A DNA stretch of 64,000 bases from Hyaloraphidium curvatum SAG 235-1 (lineage: Eukaryota > Fungi > Monoblepharomycota): positions 1 through 64,000 of the forward strand of contig JAIVFI010000036.1 of assembly GCA_025558095.1 (NCBI GenBank), given 5' to 3'. Every line of letters begins with the position of its first letter. The first letter of the stretch is position 1. The translations under genes and the position numbers were made by a program. The notes beneath the pieces were generated by a model that was not told the origin of the DNA, did no database searches, and saw nothing but the letters and a program-made list of their open reading frames with translations. Shown here piece after piece: positions 11,516 to 22,844 of the stretch.

Positions 11516-11883
11516 CGTGGCGGGGGCGCGGTTAGCCGTTTGCGGGCGAAATGGTCATCCAGTGGGGGTTCGACGGGTCCATGTCAGGCAGCTGCGCCTC
11601 ATACAACCCGCCCGACGACGTGCGGCCAGCTAAAGGGCCCTTCGGTGACCGCGGGTTCGGCTGCCATCCATCCGGGCAGATTTCCCCGCAAGCTCCGGGT
11701 CGGCTCCGGCTGAAAGGCAGCGGTTGGCTTTGGCACAGCTCCGAGGCACCAAGCCGGGGGAGGACGAACTATGATTTGCGGGAGCCCAAAGACCTGAAAC
11801 TCCTGCCCCGGTGGTGGCGAGAACCGACGCCATCCACCCTCCCCCGAGGCCGACGTCCGACCAACCACCCCCAGCCCGAGCCA

Positions 11884-12826
11884 TCACCACTTCTCCACGT
11901 ACGGCTGCCGCGGCACCGTCAGCCCCACATCCCACACCTCCCAAAAGCACTGCCACCCACCCTCAGATCGACCTCGAACGCCCACGCGGACCTGTGCTGC
12001 GCGTACGTGTCCGCGTACACCCGCGCGATGGCGTCCGGGTCCATCGCCGAGTCTTGCGGCTTGCCCTCGGTCCACTGCTTGGTGCGGGGGCCGTGGATGA
12101 TGCCGTCGATGATCTGCCGCGGGGGAACGCGGGTCAATGCCGGTCGGCGGGCGGGCGGACCGCGCAAGAGGCCAACAAAGTGCGCAACGTGGATGCCCTT
12201 GGGCCCAAACTCCCTCGCCAGGCTCTGGGTCACGGCCCTGCACGCGAACTTGGCGCTCGCAAAGGCCGAGAACTGCCCCCCCGCGCGCACGCTGGCCGTG
12301 GCCCCCGTTACGAGCACAGTGCCCTGCCCGCGGTCGACCATGCGGGGCAGGAGGAGCTGGGCAAAGTGCACGAGGCCGAGGACCTGGTTCTTGTAGCCGT
12401 TGAGGAACTCGGAGGGGGGCGTGGTGAGGAAGGAGCCCATGGCCCAGTAGGCGGGGTTGTAGACCTGGCGGCGCGGCGGGGAGGCAAGAGGGACGCGGCG
12501 GCGAGGAGAGAAAGGGATATCAGACGACCGTTGTCGCGGCGCGACCGCGACGGAAGGCCCACGAGCAGGTCCACCGGGTTCCCCGCCGCGTCCGCGTCCT
12601 TCAGGATCTCCCCCACGGCCTTCCCGATCTGCCCCTCGTCCGTCACGTCGCACAGGTACTCCTTCGCGCTCCCCCCGGATTCCTCGATCGACTTCCGCAC
12701 GCCGGCGAGGTACTCCCCGTTCCGCGCGACGAGCGCGACGTGCAGGCCCTTGGCGGCAAAGGCGCGCGCGATTGACTCGCCGAGGCCGCCGCCGACGCCG
12801 ACGACAATGCCGAGGGGTTTGGACAT
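11884..12826 (-). CDS. Short-chain dehydrogenase/reductase (atypical, bacterial-like subgroup); spliced
   Basis: IVVGVGGGLG, LVARN, CDVTD, VTGATAS, FASAKFA, LAREFGPKGIHVAH, IIDG; C-terminus AFEVDLRPYVEKW after the last intron. Confidence 0.88.
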
Positions 12827-13259
12827 GTTTGATGCGCCGGTGCGAGGGGAACGACGGGGGAAACGAGGGAGAGGAACGCGGGAAAGGGGCGGAGACGGTT
12901 TCGAGAGCGGGGGTTTTGGGTGGTGCTCCCGCGTGGCGTGCGGATTCGCGCACCCTGGCATCGACGTGAGCCGATCAAATGGCATATTCGGGCCTCTTTT
13001 CAGATGCTCGCCGACACAGGCTGACGAGATTTGCTCTATCGGCCAAGTCTTGAGAGCCAACGCACAATGCGGACGTCCCCCAAGTCATGCCGGCAAACTC
13101 CGATGTTCGCATATGCGATCGCACGGGGGGCTCCATATTGCATCACCCTCCATCTACTCCGTCTGCAGTTGTCCTGCTCCGCCGGGCCGAACGAGCCAGA
13201 GAGACTGGCGTGGGGTGACAAAAGCAGACAGCATCCATACTCACCAGCCCCTCCGGGAC

Positions 13260-14335
13260 CTACAACCTCGCCTCCGGGCCCATCTCTGCATTCTCCCTCC
13301 TTCTCCTTTCCTCCAACGCCCTCCTGTACGGCCCCATGTCCATCTTCGGGTACCGCAGGCCGACGTCCGCAACGGTCTGCTCGTCCCAGTAGTCCGAATC
13401 GACCTTGGGAAACCCAAACAGGTCCCGCGTCCGGATGTCCGTCTTTCCGAACCACGAGCTCCAACGCGGGTTGGTGGCAAAGTCGGGCCACGCGTGCTTG
13501 CCGCCCCAGGGCGTGCCGCGGGGCTTGAAGTCCGCGGCGATGACGAAACGAGAGCGGGGGTGGCCCTTGAACGAGGATCCGCGGTGCAGGACGTCGGTTC
13601 GGTACTGGAACAAGGCGACGGGTGAGTCCGGACTGCCGAGAACCGTGCGGGGACGACCCACGATGAGCAGCGACCCCGCTTTGCCCGTCACCGCGATCTC
13701 CTTCGGCGTGTATCTGTTCTCCCTGTAGTCCAAAAACGTATTCGGCCCTTTTGGCCCGACAACCGTGGGCCACAGCGGCAGGTCCTCGTACTCCTCCGCC
13801 GGGACGATCATCGTCGGCGCGTCGTCCTCCGTGACGTCGGAGAGCAGCGTCCAGGTGGTGTAGTGCCGGTACTTGCCGTCCCGCCTGGGCACCACGAGGG
13901 TGTGGTTGGCGTAGTCCCGGTGCAGGTTCTGGTCGTAGTTGGCCCCGCCCGAGTCTGCGGCCGCGGGGTCAGACGGGGCCCTGTGCCGGCCCGGAAAGGA
14001 GACGCACATTTTGCCCACAGCACGACCTTGTACAGCTCCACCTCCGCGGTTCCCATCAGCCTCTCCATCGCGTCCACCAGGTCGCGGTGCACCGCGACCG
14101 CGTTGACCGCGTCCGACGCGTACGGGAAGCCCCTGTCGTTCCCCGCGAACTGCCCCTCCCGGTACTTTGCGTGCTCCGGCGCGTCCGGATCCGCGTGGTA
14201 GTCTTCGGGGCGGGGGTACCGGAGCCACAGGCCTTCCTGTGCGGCGGCGACCTCGGCGGGGGTGAGGAAGCCGGGGACGACGCAGAAGCCCCGCGTGCGG
14301 ACGGTGTCGAGGTGCGCGTCGGAGATGCGCGTCAT
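13260..14335 (-). CDS. Phytanoyl-CoA dioxygenase (PhyH)-family Fe(II)/2OG oxygenase, copy 1; spliced
   Basis: GFCVVPGFLTPAEV N-terminus, LHRDY (HxD), APTMIVP, GSLLI..DVLHRG distal His, RSR; ends ARL. Confidence 0.85.
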
Positions 14336-14557
14336 TTGCGGTGCGGGATGGGGGAAGGTGGGATTGAACGGGGACGAAATGGCGGAGGATCGAACGACGA
14401 GGCGGTGCAGGACGCTCCCCACTCCCCACTCTCCCAAGCGCAGACCAACGAGGGTAGACCACTTGCAACATGCCAATCAGTGCATTTCCATCATCAGACA
14501 CAGACACACATGCACGATCCGGGGAACCCGTCCCCACCAGACCATCCCGCCCTCGGA

Positions 14558-15979
14558 CTAGATCGCCCCAGCCGGCAACACCTCCAGCTCCCCCGACGTC
14601 TCCCTGAAAAACACCTCCTGCCCCGACCCCCTCCTCGCGTGCCCCCCCTGCCGTAACCACGGATGCCGCAGCGCGTCGGCGGCGGTCGGCCTGTCCGCGG
14701 GGTCGGGCCGAAGAAGGTGCATGACGAAACCGGCGGCGAGCGGAGACACATCGGCGGCGCCCGGCCGTGGGAGGACGGCGGCCGCGATGTGGGAGTAGAG
14801 TTCGGTCATGGATGCCGCCGAGGCGAAGGGGGGCTCGCCGTGCAGGAGCTCGTGGGCGATGCAGCCGACGGACCAGACGTCGACGGCCGAGGTATAGGGC
14901 AGGCCGCGGACGATCTCGGGGGCCAGGTACTGGGGGGAACGAAACAATGTAAACAACGACTCATCAAGGCTGTCCAGCTGGGCGGAAACCCACGAAAGGA
15001 GTGCCCTTGATTGTGTGCATGGCCTGTTCCTGCGGCGGTTCCCGCGGGAGCTCCGGCAGCTCGGGGTTGCTCGAATCCGGGCTGGCCTCGGCGCTGTCCG
15101 ACGCCTCGTCTTCCTCCGAGTCCTCGGCGCCCAGCAGCGCCCGCGCGCGGTCCTCCCCGACGTGGGACCCGGCAAAGTCCGCGAAAGCGAGGGAGCCCAG
15201 GTCGCCTTCGCTCCTCAGCAACAGGTTCGTGGGCTTGATGTCGCGGTGCACGATGCCGTGGAGGTGCAGGTAGGCCACGGTGCCGAGGATGATGCCGCAC
15301 GCGCGGCGGGTCTCGGCCTCCGTCAGCCTGCCGCCCCTGGCCGCGGCGTGGGCCGCCAGCGTGCCCCCTGGGCAGTGCTCCATGACCTTGTAGAAGCGCG
15401 AGGGGGTCTCGAAGCACTCGATGTAGCGCAGCAGGTGCGGGTGGCCGGCGTGGGCGCGCACGGCGGCGAAGCGGGCGCGCATGCCGCGCTCGAAGGCGTC
15501 CAGCGGGTCTGGGATCCCGGGTGACGGGTGCACGCTGTCTCCCGCGGGGTTTCCGAACCGCAGGCCGGCGAAGCGCGGGCCGGGACGCGGCTTGGGCATG
15601 CACTTCACGGCCACGCGGTCGCCCCACGGGCTCACGCAGAGCCGCACGGTGGCCTCGGCGCCGGCGCCCAGCACTCCGACGTCCTTGAACTCCTGCCAAA
15701 CACGGAGTGGTGGGTTAAGACGAGGGAAATTGGTGAGGGGACGGGAGATACGAGTCGGGGGGCTGGTCAGCCGCCCTCCCTCCGACGGCCGGACGGCACT
15801 CCGCATCCCACCTTCCGTCTCCGCCGCCCTTTGCGGTACAGCTCCTCCCTCTCCGCCGGCGACAGCGGCACCTCGGCCGGTGCGGCCACCGACGCCCTCC
15901 TCCTCCCGGCGCCCGCGGGAGGCCCGCCCTCCGGTCTCGCCGGATCGCGCGCGGGGTCGCCCGTCGCGCACGGGGCCAT
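14558..15979 (-). CDS. Ser/Thr protein kinase, CAMK-like, copy 1; spliced
   Basis: LGAGAEATV, VAVK, HPHLL, HRDIKPTN, DFAG, GTP/YLAPE, VDVWSVG, DPADRPTAADALRHPW. Confidence 0.9.
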
Positions 15980-16940
15980 CGCGGGGGTGGAATGAGCCAC
16001 CGGTCGGCGGTGGTTCGCTATGGGGCGGGAGGTGAGGGAAGGGAAATCGGTCGGGGCTCCACTCGGCGGCTATCCGGCTGGACTTCCGACTACAGACGTT
16101 GGCTATGCGCCGCTTGTCTGCAGCTGCGGAGTTATTTGATGCGAAGCCGCCTTATCCAATGGGATGCCTTCCGGGCCGCGGGATGCATTCCCAAGCGAGA
16201 TGCTCGGGGCCGTGTGGTTTTCGGAAGGACACCGGTCCAATCCAAGGGTCCGATCCCGGACCCCGCCCGATCTCCAATAAACCCAAGGACGTCAGCAACG
16301 GGGTCCCATCCGAGGGCACAAAAGCTCTTTGTGTCGTCCTTCCGCGCATCCGCATGTCAGGCCTGCCCGCCCGCTTCCGCGATGAGCGTAAATGGCTCGC
16401 CACGTCCCGAACCAGCCCTCGCCACAACCGCACCGCGTCCCGAAGCTAGGTCCCCATACCCGCGGGCTCCCATCCACGGAACACGAAACACTCCCTAACG
16501 AAGCCAAACGGCCCGATCCCTCTGTGGCTTGCGCCCAGTCCCTCGACGTGATCCACGAGCCTCCGCGGCACGACTGCCCGGCGGTCCGGCAGGTAGGATG
16601 GGCGATGAGCAGCATGCCGTGAGACTGTCGGATGCCCCCCACGGAGCCGCACGCCCGAACGCGGACGAGGGACGGGGATCAAGCAAGGGGACGGATTCGG
16701 AAGGGTCCGGCGGGGATCGGGAAAGCCCGGGAAGCGTCGGGGATCCCCGCCTCCGTACTCAGAGGTACCCGCCGCCCATCCTGCCTCCCGAGCTCGCGCG
16801 ACGCACCACTCCGCAATCACGACGACCGACCGTGTTCGACAAAGGCGCCAACATCGCCGACTACAGCATCCACTATGTACACCGCCAAACCACAATCCGT
16901 ACCTCCAGCAATGGGCACGCAGCAGGCTCCACCCGTCCCC

Positions 16941-18572
16941 TCAATCCCCAAGGGACAGCTGCTCCAGCCCCACCCCCGAATCCGTCGGCAGCACCGGCTC
17001 CAGCACCCCCCCGTCCGCGCGCCAAAACACCTGCGCCCCCGAAAGCAGCCTCGCCTTCCTCCCCAGGGTGCTATTGCCGAGGATCCACGGGTGCTGCAGC
17101 GCCTGCACCGCCGTCAGCCTGCACGCCGGGTCCGTCTCGAGGAGCTCGCGGACAAAGTTGCCCGCGGCGTCCGAGACCCCCGCATCGGCCGGGATCTCGT
17201 ACGCGCCGCGGGAGATATTGCCGTAGAGCTCGGTGAAGGACGACGAGTGCTGGAACGGGGAGCGGCCGTAGAGCATCTCGTACGCGATGCAGCCCGCGGA
17301 CCAGACGTCCACGGCGGAGGTGTACCCGCGGCCGTCGACGATTTCGGGGGCCAGGTACTGCGAGGTGGATGCGGCGTGAGCATTCGCGGAACGGGATGCG
17401 CGCGCGAGGCAGGGTTCTCACGTAGGGGGTGCCGGTGAGGGTCTTCATGTTCCCGGCCTGCGAGAAATGCGGGGCCGCGCCGGCGCCGGCGCCCGACTGC
17501 GAGCCGAGCGACAGGACGGTCGACGCGCCGCCTGAGCCGCTCATAGACGAGCGCGCCGAGGACAGGGAGAGCGTCGAGCCGTCGTAGTCCTCTTCCTCGT
17601 CGTCGTCCTCGGCCGCCTGCTGGGGCGCGCGCTGGGACTGCCCGTCGACAAAAGCGCCGGCAAAGTCGGCGAGGGTCAGCGAGTCGAGCTTGCCCTTGTG
17701 GCGGAGGAAGATGTTGGAGGGCTTGATGTCGCTGGAACGGGAGCAATGTCAGCGCGCCAACAATATGCGCCAGGCCAGTCAGTCACACCGATGGGTGATG
17801 CCGTGCGAGTGTATGTAGGCCAGCGTGCGCAGCAGCAGCGTCGTGACGAACAGCGCGTCCGCCTCCTCGAGCACGCCCCCCTGCTCGTTGACGTAGTGCT
17901 CCAGCGTGCCGCCCTGGCAGATGGCCGAGACGATGTAGAACTTGCTCTCGGTCTCGAAGAGCTCGATGTACGTGGGCAGGTGCGGGTGCCCGCTGTGCGA
18001 GCGCATGACGAAGAAGCGCTTGCGGATGTCGCGCTCGAACTTGAGGCGGGCCTCGAGGGCGTCGTCGCGGGTGCCGGGGCGGCGGGGCTTGCCTGACATG
18101 GCGGAGGGGAGGGGAGGCTGTTCCGGGCAGGGGAGGAAGAATAGAATGGGAAGTGGTCGGGAGTGGGCAGTGCTGTTAGAGGCTGCCCGCGGGCTTGAGC
18201 GCCCCTGTGCGGTCAGCCCACCTTGGGCATCGACTTTAGCGCCACCTGCTCGCCGGTCTCGACGCAGGTGGCCAGCTTGACGGTGCCCTCGGAGCCGCGG
18301 CCGAGCACGCGCACGTCCTTGTACACCTTGCGCCGCGCCTTGCCGTGCGCGTACAGCGCGGGCAGCTCGGCGGCGGCGGGCTCGATTGGATAGGGCGCGG
18401 CGGGCGCGGCGGGCGACGAGGAGGAGCGGGCGAGGGCGGGCGCCGCGGCGCCGTTCCACGAGCGGTTGCGCGCGAGCGGCGCCGACACCGCGCGGCCGAC
18501 GTCCGCCGCCGGGGCCGCCTGCGGCAGACTGCGGGTCGCGGAGGGCGGCGCGAGGAGGGTGGGGGACTGCAT
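16941..18572 (-). CDS. Ser/Thr protein kinase, CAMK-like, copy 2; spliced
   Basis: LGRGSEGTV, VALK, HPHL, HRDIKPSN (across an intron), DFAG, TLTGTP/YLAPE, DVWSAG, ALQHPW. Confidence 0.9.
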
Positions 18573-19559
18573 TGCGGTGAGTGAGTTGGTGGAAGTTCCG
18601 AGCAGGGGTTCAGGGACAGCCGCACGACGTCACCCCAGCCACCAACAGAGGTGGGATCCCATCTGACGTCGGTTGCGGGGACCGCGGAGGCCGCAAAGGG
18701 CACCGATCGGCGCAGGAGCCATATGGCGAGTGCTGCAAAATGCCCCCGAGACGACCGCGGCCGCATTTACGGGGCGGAGGCAGCTGCCGCATGCGACCCG
18801 ATGGGGTCGCCTCTGAGCCATGCTGCCCCGCCCCGGATCGGCGGGCCCGTCAATCGAAGCACCGGCGCTCCACCTCGCATAGCTCCGCTTCTCGTCACTC
18901 TCCAAACGCCTCTCCGGAACCAGATGCTTCAGCTCCGGCGGCCCGGTATCCCAAATGGCGCCCCGCGCACGGTGCGCCTCGCCGCCGCCTTGCCGCCCAG
19001 CCGCCCGTGTGCCTTCGGCCCCCTCCAGCGGGGTCGCCGGGCAATCGTCCGGGGCGGAGCCGGCGCCAAACAACTCCGACCATCGCACCGGCACTCCGCG
19101 GCCGCCTTCCGACCCTCCGCGGGCGACACCGGACCCCGCGGCGGCCCCGCCGCAAGTCCACGAGGTGTTTCCGCCGCAAGCCGTTTCCTTGGGTTGCCAC
19201 GGCGATCGGATGGGCATCGGAGGACCACGCGACGCATCCACCGGTGGAAGCACATGCGGCAAGCGGCCGGACGGCTGTCGGTTGCCGGATGGCGCCGCCG
19301 GTGCGCGGAGTCGGGAGCGCGAGGGCAACACGGATCTCGCGCGCCGATCCGCGAATCCGCGGCGATCCCCCGACCCACGAACGCGGCGACCGCATCCCTG
19401 GCGTCCGTCTCGCATTATTCGGAACGTTGCGAGCCCAACCCGCGAGCCAGGGACGGCGGAAGCGATCGCGCGGCCGCCTTCCGCCGACCGCGGTGGTTCG
19501 GGCCCGGGTCCGAAACCGAAAGGAAAGGTCGGCCGACCGATCACCTGCGCGACACTTCC

Positions 19560-19930
19560 CGCGTCACGCACGTCCTCTGCGACCCCAGCACCGCCCAGCA
19601 CGTGGTTCAGGCGCTGGAAAAGCCGGAGGAGCGGTTCCTTTGTCGAAAAGCGGGCCAGCTTGATGTTCGCGAAGGCTTGCGACTGGGAACCAAAACGATC
19701 AGATTCAATTATTCAGTATCGATGCATACCGTCGAGGCTCCACTTTGAGTGTAACTAACAACCAAGGGTGGCGCCCACTTGTCTTCATCCCCGGATCGGT
19801 CGTCGCCATCGAAAAGCACTCCTGACCGGCCCGCTGGTTCGCCTCCCGAGGTGAGGTAGTTCTCGAGCGTACGTTGACCAAGATAGCTCGAAGCTGGAGT
19901 GTTCGAATGCATTCCGAGCTCGATTTGAGG
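19560..19930 (-). pseudogene. Decayed fragment of the 7-TM family gene at 22845-24396
   Basis: 19600-19790 aligns by eye with 23572-23770 (e.g. aaagccggaggagc, gactgggaaccaaa(a)cgatcagat, cgatgca), including the intron 3' end; frames are disrupted. Confidence 0.6.
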
Positions 19931-20035
19931 AAGGCGGACCTCACATCGCCGGGCGGGCTCGGCGCTGTGGTGGTGGCCGGTTTGTCAGCCATGTGCGGCA
20001 TCTTTGAGCCTGAAGGCCCAGGAAACCGCGCAACG

Positions 20036-22286
20036 ATGGGAGGCCGTGCAGCCCTGACGCGGACGCGCGGGATTGCGTTCGTCCTCCTGGTGCTTATCGC
20101 CGGGCATGCGGCCACCGCAGAACGCGCGGAGCGGCGCGCGGACGTTCCGGCAGGGCGCCTTGCGGACGGACCTCTCCCTCGCGCAAACCCACACGATCTC
20201 CTCCCGCGGAAGCACAATGAGCCACTTGGTGAGTGCCGGCTCCCTGTCGAACGCTCGGCACGTGGCCCGGAGTCCGCCTCCCGCGCCATCGGCGGCCGGC
20301 CGACACCTGAGATGGCGGTGTTGCCACCTAGGCCGGTGCCAAGCCGGCCGCCAATCAGCGCCAAGCCGGCCGCCAATCAGCGGTGCGAGCTTTTCATGCC
20401 GACGCAATGCTGACGCCAGATCCTCCCAGCCCCCATGCGACCGCAGCCGGGTCCCGGCCGCCTCGTCCCGCGGCAGTCGAAGGCAGTCTTCGTCACGGGC
20501 CTGGCGTTCACCGACACCAACCGCAACCGCAAGTTCGACCTCAAGACCAAGGAGCCGCTGCTCAAGTCCAGCTCCTTTTTCCTCGCGAGGGAGGTCGGCA
20601 AGAACGTCGAGAAGATCGGCACGGCCAAGACGGGCACAGACGGCCGCTTCAAGTTCACGATCAAGAGCCGGCCCGCCGCGAGCGCATTCCTGGTTTTGCG
20701 GCTGCTGTCCGCGCCCAAGGACAACGTGGCCCGCTTCAAGTACCCGTCCTCCGCAAAGGTGACGTCTTTCAACGTCGACGCGCCGGTCCAGCCGGTCGTC
20801 CGGAAGACCACCACACGGCGGCAGAACAAGGTCGTCCCCACGACGAGCAGGCGGCTCACGACCACCCCCGCGGCGGCGCCTCCTCCTCCGGTCAGTGGTG
20901 CACGTTTCCCTGGATGCCAGCAGCACGGTTATAGACCTTCACTTCCAACTTTCAGCCTCCGCCTCCGCCTCCGCCCCCGCCTCCTCCTCCGGTCAGTGGT
21001 GCATGCTTTCCTGGATGCCAGCAGCACGGTACTAGACCTCCACTTCCCACTTTCAGCCTCCGCCTCCGCCCCCGCCTCCGCCTCCTGTCAGTGGTGCAGG
21101 CTTCGCTGGATACTGGATCACCTGACGTTACTCACATCTCCTTTTCCCATTTTCTCAGCCTCCGCCGCCGCCCCCGCCACCTCCGTCTCCGCCAAAGGTC
21201 CTCCCGTTCGGCGTGAGCTATGCTCGTTGTCAGGACCGTCAATGTCCACTAACCTCGCCTCCAGCAACCCCTGCTGAGCGGCACGACGCGCACCTATTGC
21301 GCCTCCGGTATGCCCAGCATCATGAGTTCCGCCGGGCCCCTCGCCACTGCCACCGACTTCGACTACACCGTCGACATTCTCGCGTTCGGCAACCCTTCGC
21401 GGATCAGCGCCGTCCTGGACATTGCGACCAGCTTGCCGGATTCCCGCACGTTCCTCATGTCGATGCAGCGCGTGTTCGACAACCGCACCGTGGGCCTGTA
21501 CAACGGCACCACCGTCAATTGCGGCGGGCTGCGGGTCAATATGACCTTCCAGGACAACCCGGCGCTCCCCGCGGCATCGCTCTGCACCGACGGGACGTTC
21601 AAAGTCCCATTGTCGTCGCTGGGTTTGAAGGATTCGTTCAAGGACGACTTCTACGGCGACTTCAAGTTTACAATCGAGATCGGGCCTGGGTCGGGGGCCT
21701 TTTCGATGACCGCTCACAGCCTGTGCCTCGTTGTGGACTACGAGACCCTGGTAAGCTGTTCCGGTCGGCAGCGGCGAGGGGAGCTCGCCCCTGATATCCG
21801 CGGCAGACGATCCCAACCACCGCGGACCCTGCCACGGTCTGCTACTCCGGCACCGCGGCCCTGCAGGACGCCACGGGATCGCAAAACTACGGCCTGACCC
21901 GCCTCCAAGTCACGGGCCCCTACGCCAGGGTGGACAGCCTCAGTCTGGTGCTCAACGTCACGCACGGCCGCCTCTCGGACCTGGACATCCGCCTGGGCCC
22001 CGCGAGCATTCCCAACCTGTACGTGGCTCTGATGCAGAACCCCGGAGCGCCGGACGGATGCGCCGCGGGGGGCGGCGGCGCAGGATGGTGGATCAAGGAC
22101 AACGGCGACACCGAGCTCCAAAAACCCTGCGATGGCTCGTCGATCAAGTACCCAAGGGAAGCGCTGGCGAACCTCTACGGGGCGCCGGCAATGGGAAACT
22201 GGACGCTGACGGTGTACGACCTGGTCAACGGCACTGCGGGGCAAATCTCGCGGTGGTGCCTCTACTTCAACGGCGCCAGCCCCTGA
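20036..22286 (+). CDS. Secreted modular protein: signal peptide, SdrD-B/prealbumin-like domain, poly-Pro linker and proprotein-convertase P-domain(s); spliced
   Basis: GIAFVLLVLIAGHAATA signal; VTGLAFTDTNRNRKFD...TGTDGRFKF; poly-Pro micro-exons; HGRLSDLDIRL...GNWTLTVYD..NGTAGQISRWCLYF. Confidence 0.7.
20891..21158 (+). repeat. Tandem triplication of an intron plus poly-Pro micro-exon unit (~95-100 bp)
   Basis: Three related introns GTCAGTGGTGCA...CAG (20891-20955, 20992-21056, 21087-21158) separated by CCTCCG-rich exons of 36 and 30 nt. Confidence 0.8.
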
Positions 22287-22844
22287 TGGAAGCCACTGGA
22301 CATCTCGACTTGTCGGTCAGCAGGCGCGCGGCGTAGTCGGGTGGCGCAGGGTGGCCCGAGAGGTCGTTGGGGACGTTTCCGGGAGGGAGTAGCGTGCGCC
22401 GTCAACGTCGTCGTAGTTGGACGTAACCGCCGTATAAATTTCCACTTTATGGCGCGTGAGGTCGGCCGCGAAGGTCCATTCTGCGAAACTTCTACCAAGT
22501 CCGAGGTGGGTGCAACAGCGCTCGAATGGGCGTGCCCGGAGCCTGGGAACCCGGAACAAGTGCGAAAAATCATGCGCTGCGGGTTCCGATCATATTGGAC
22601 CGCCTGTTGGCGCCGCAGCTGCGGCTCGGTCGCAGGGAACGGGGCCGGGATCTCGGGCGGCGCCGCGCTCCGCTTTCTGCGGCCGATTCCCCCTGCGGAA
22701 TCCGTCAGTGTGCCTATTGGTGGAGCTCGGGAAGCTCGGTCGGGGCTCGGCGAGCGCGGCTGGCCCCCGAAGAAAGCTTGCGCGGGGGTTCGGATCCGCG
22801 TCCGGAGCCAAACGCTCCGATTTGACTGACCGCCAAAACAGCGC

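Noticed and set aside
11884-14335. SDR and PhyH, with other oxidoreductases, as a secondary-metabolite cluster
   Set aside because: No PKS, NRPS or terpene backbone gene and no cluster regulator in the window; the enzymes are interspersed with unrelated genes
16529-16930. Possible small gene or F-box remnant between the kinases (ILPPELARR)
   Set aside because: The match is too short and there is no supportable gene structure
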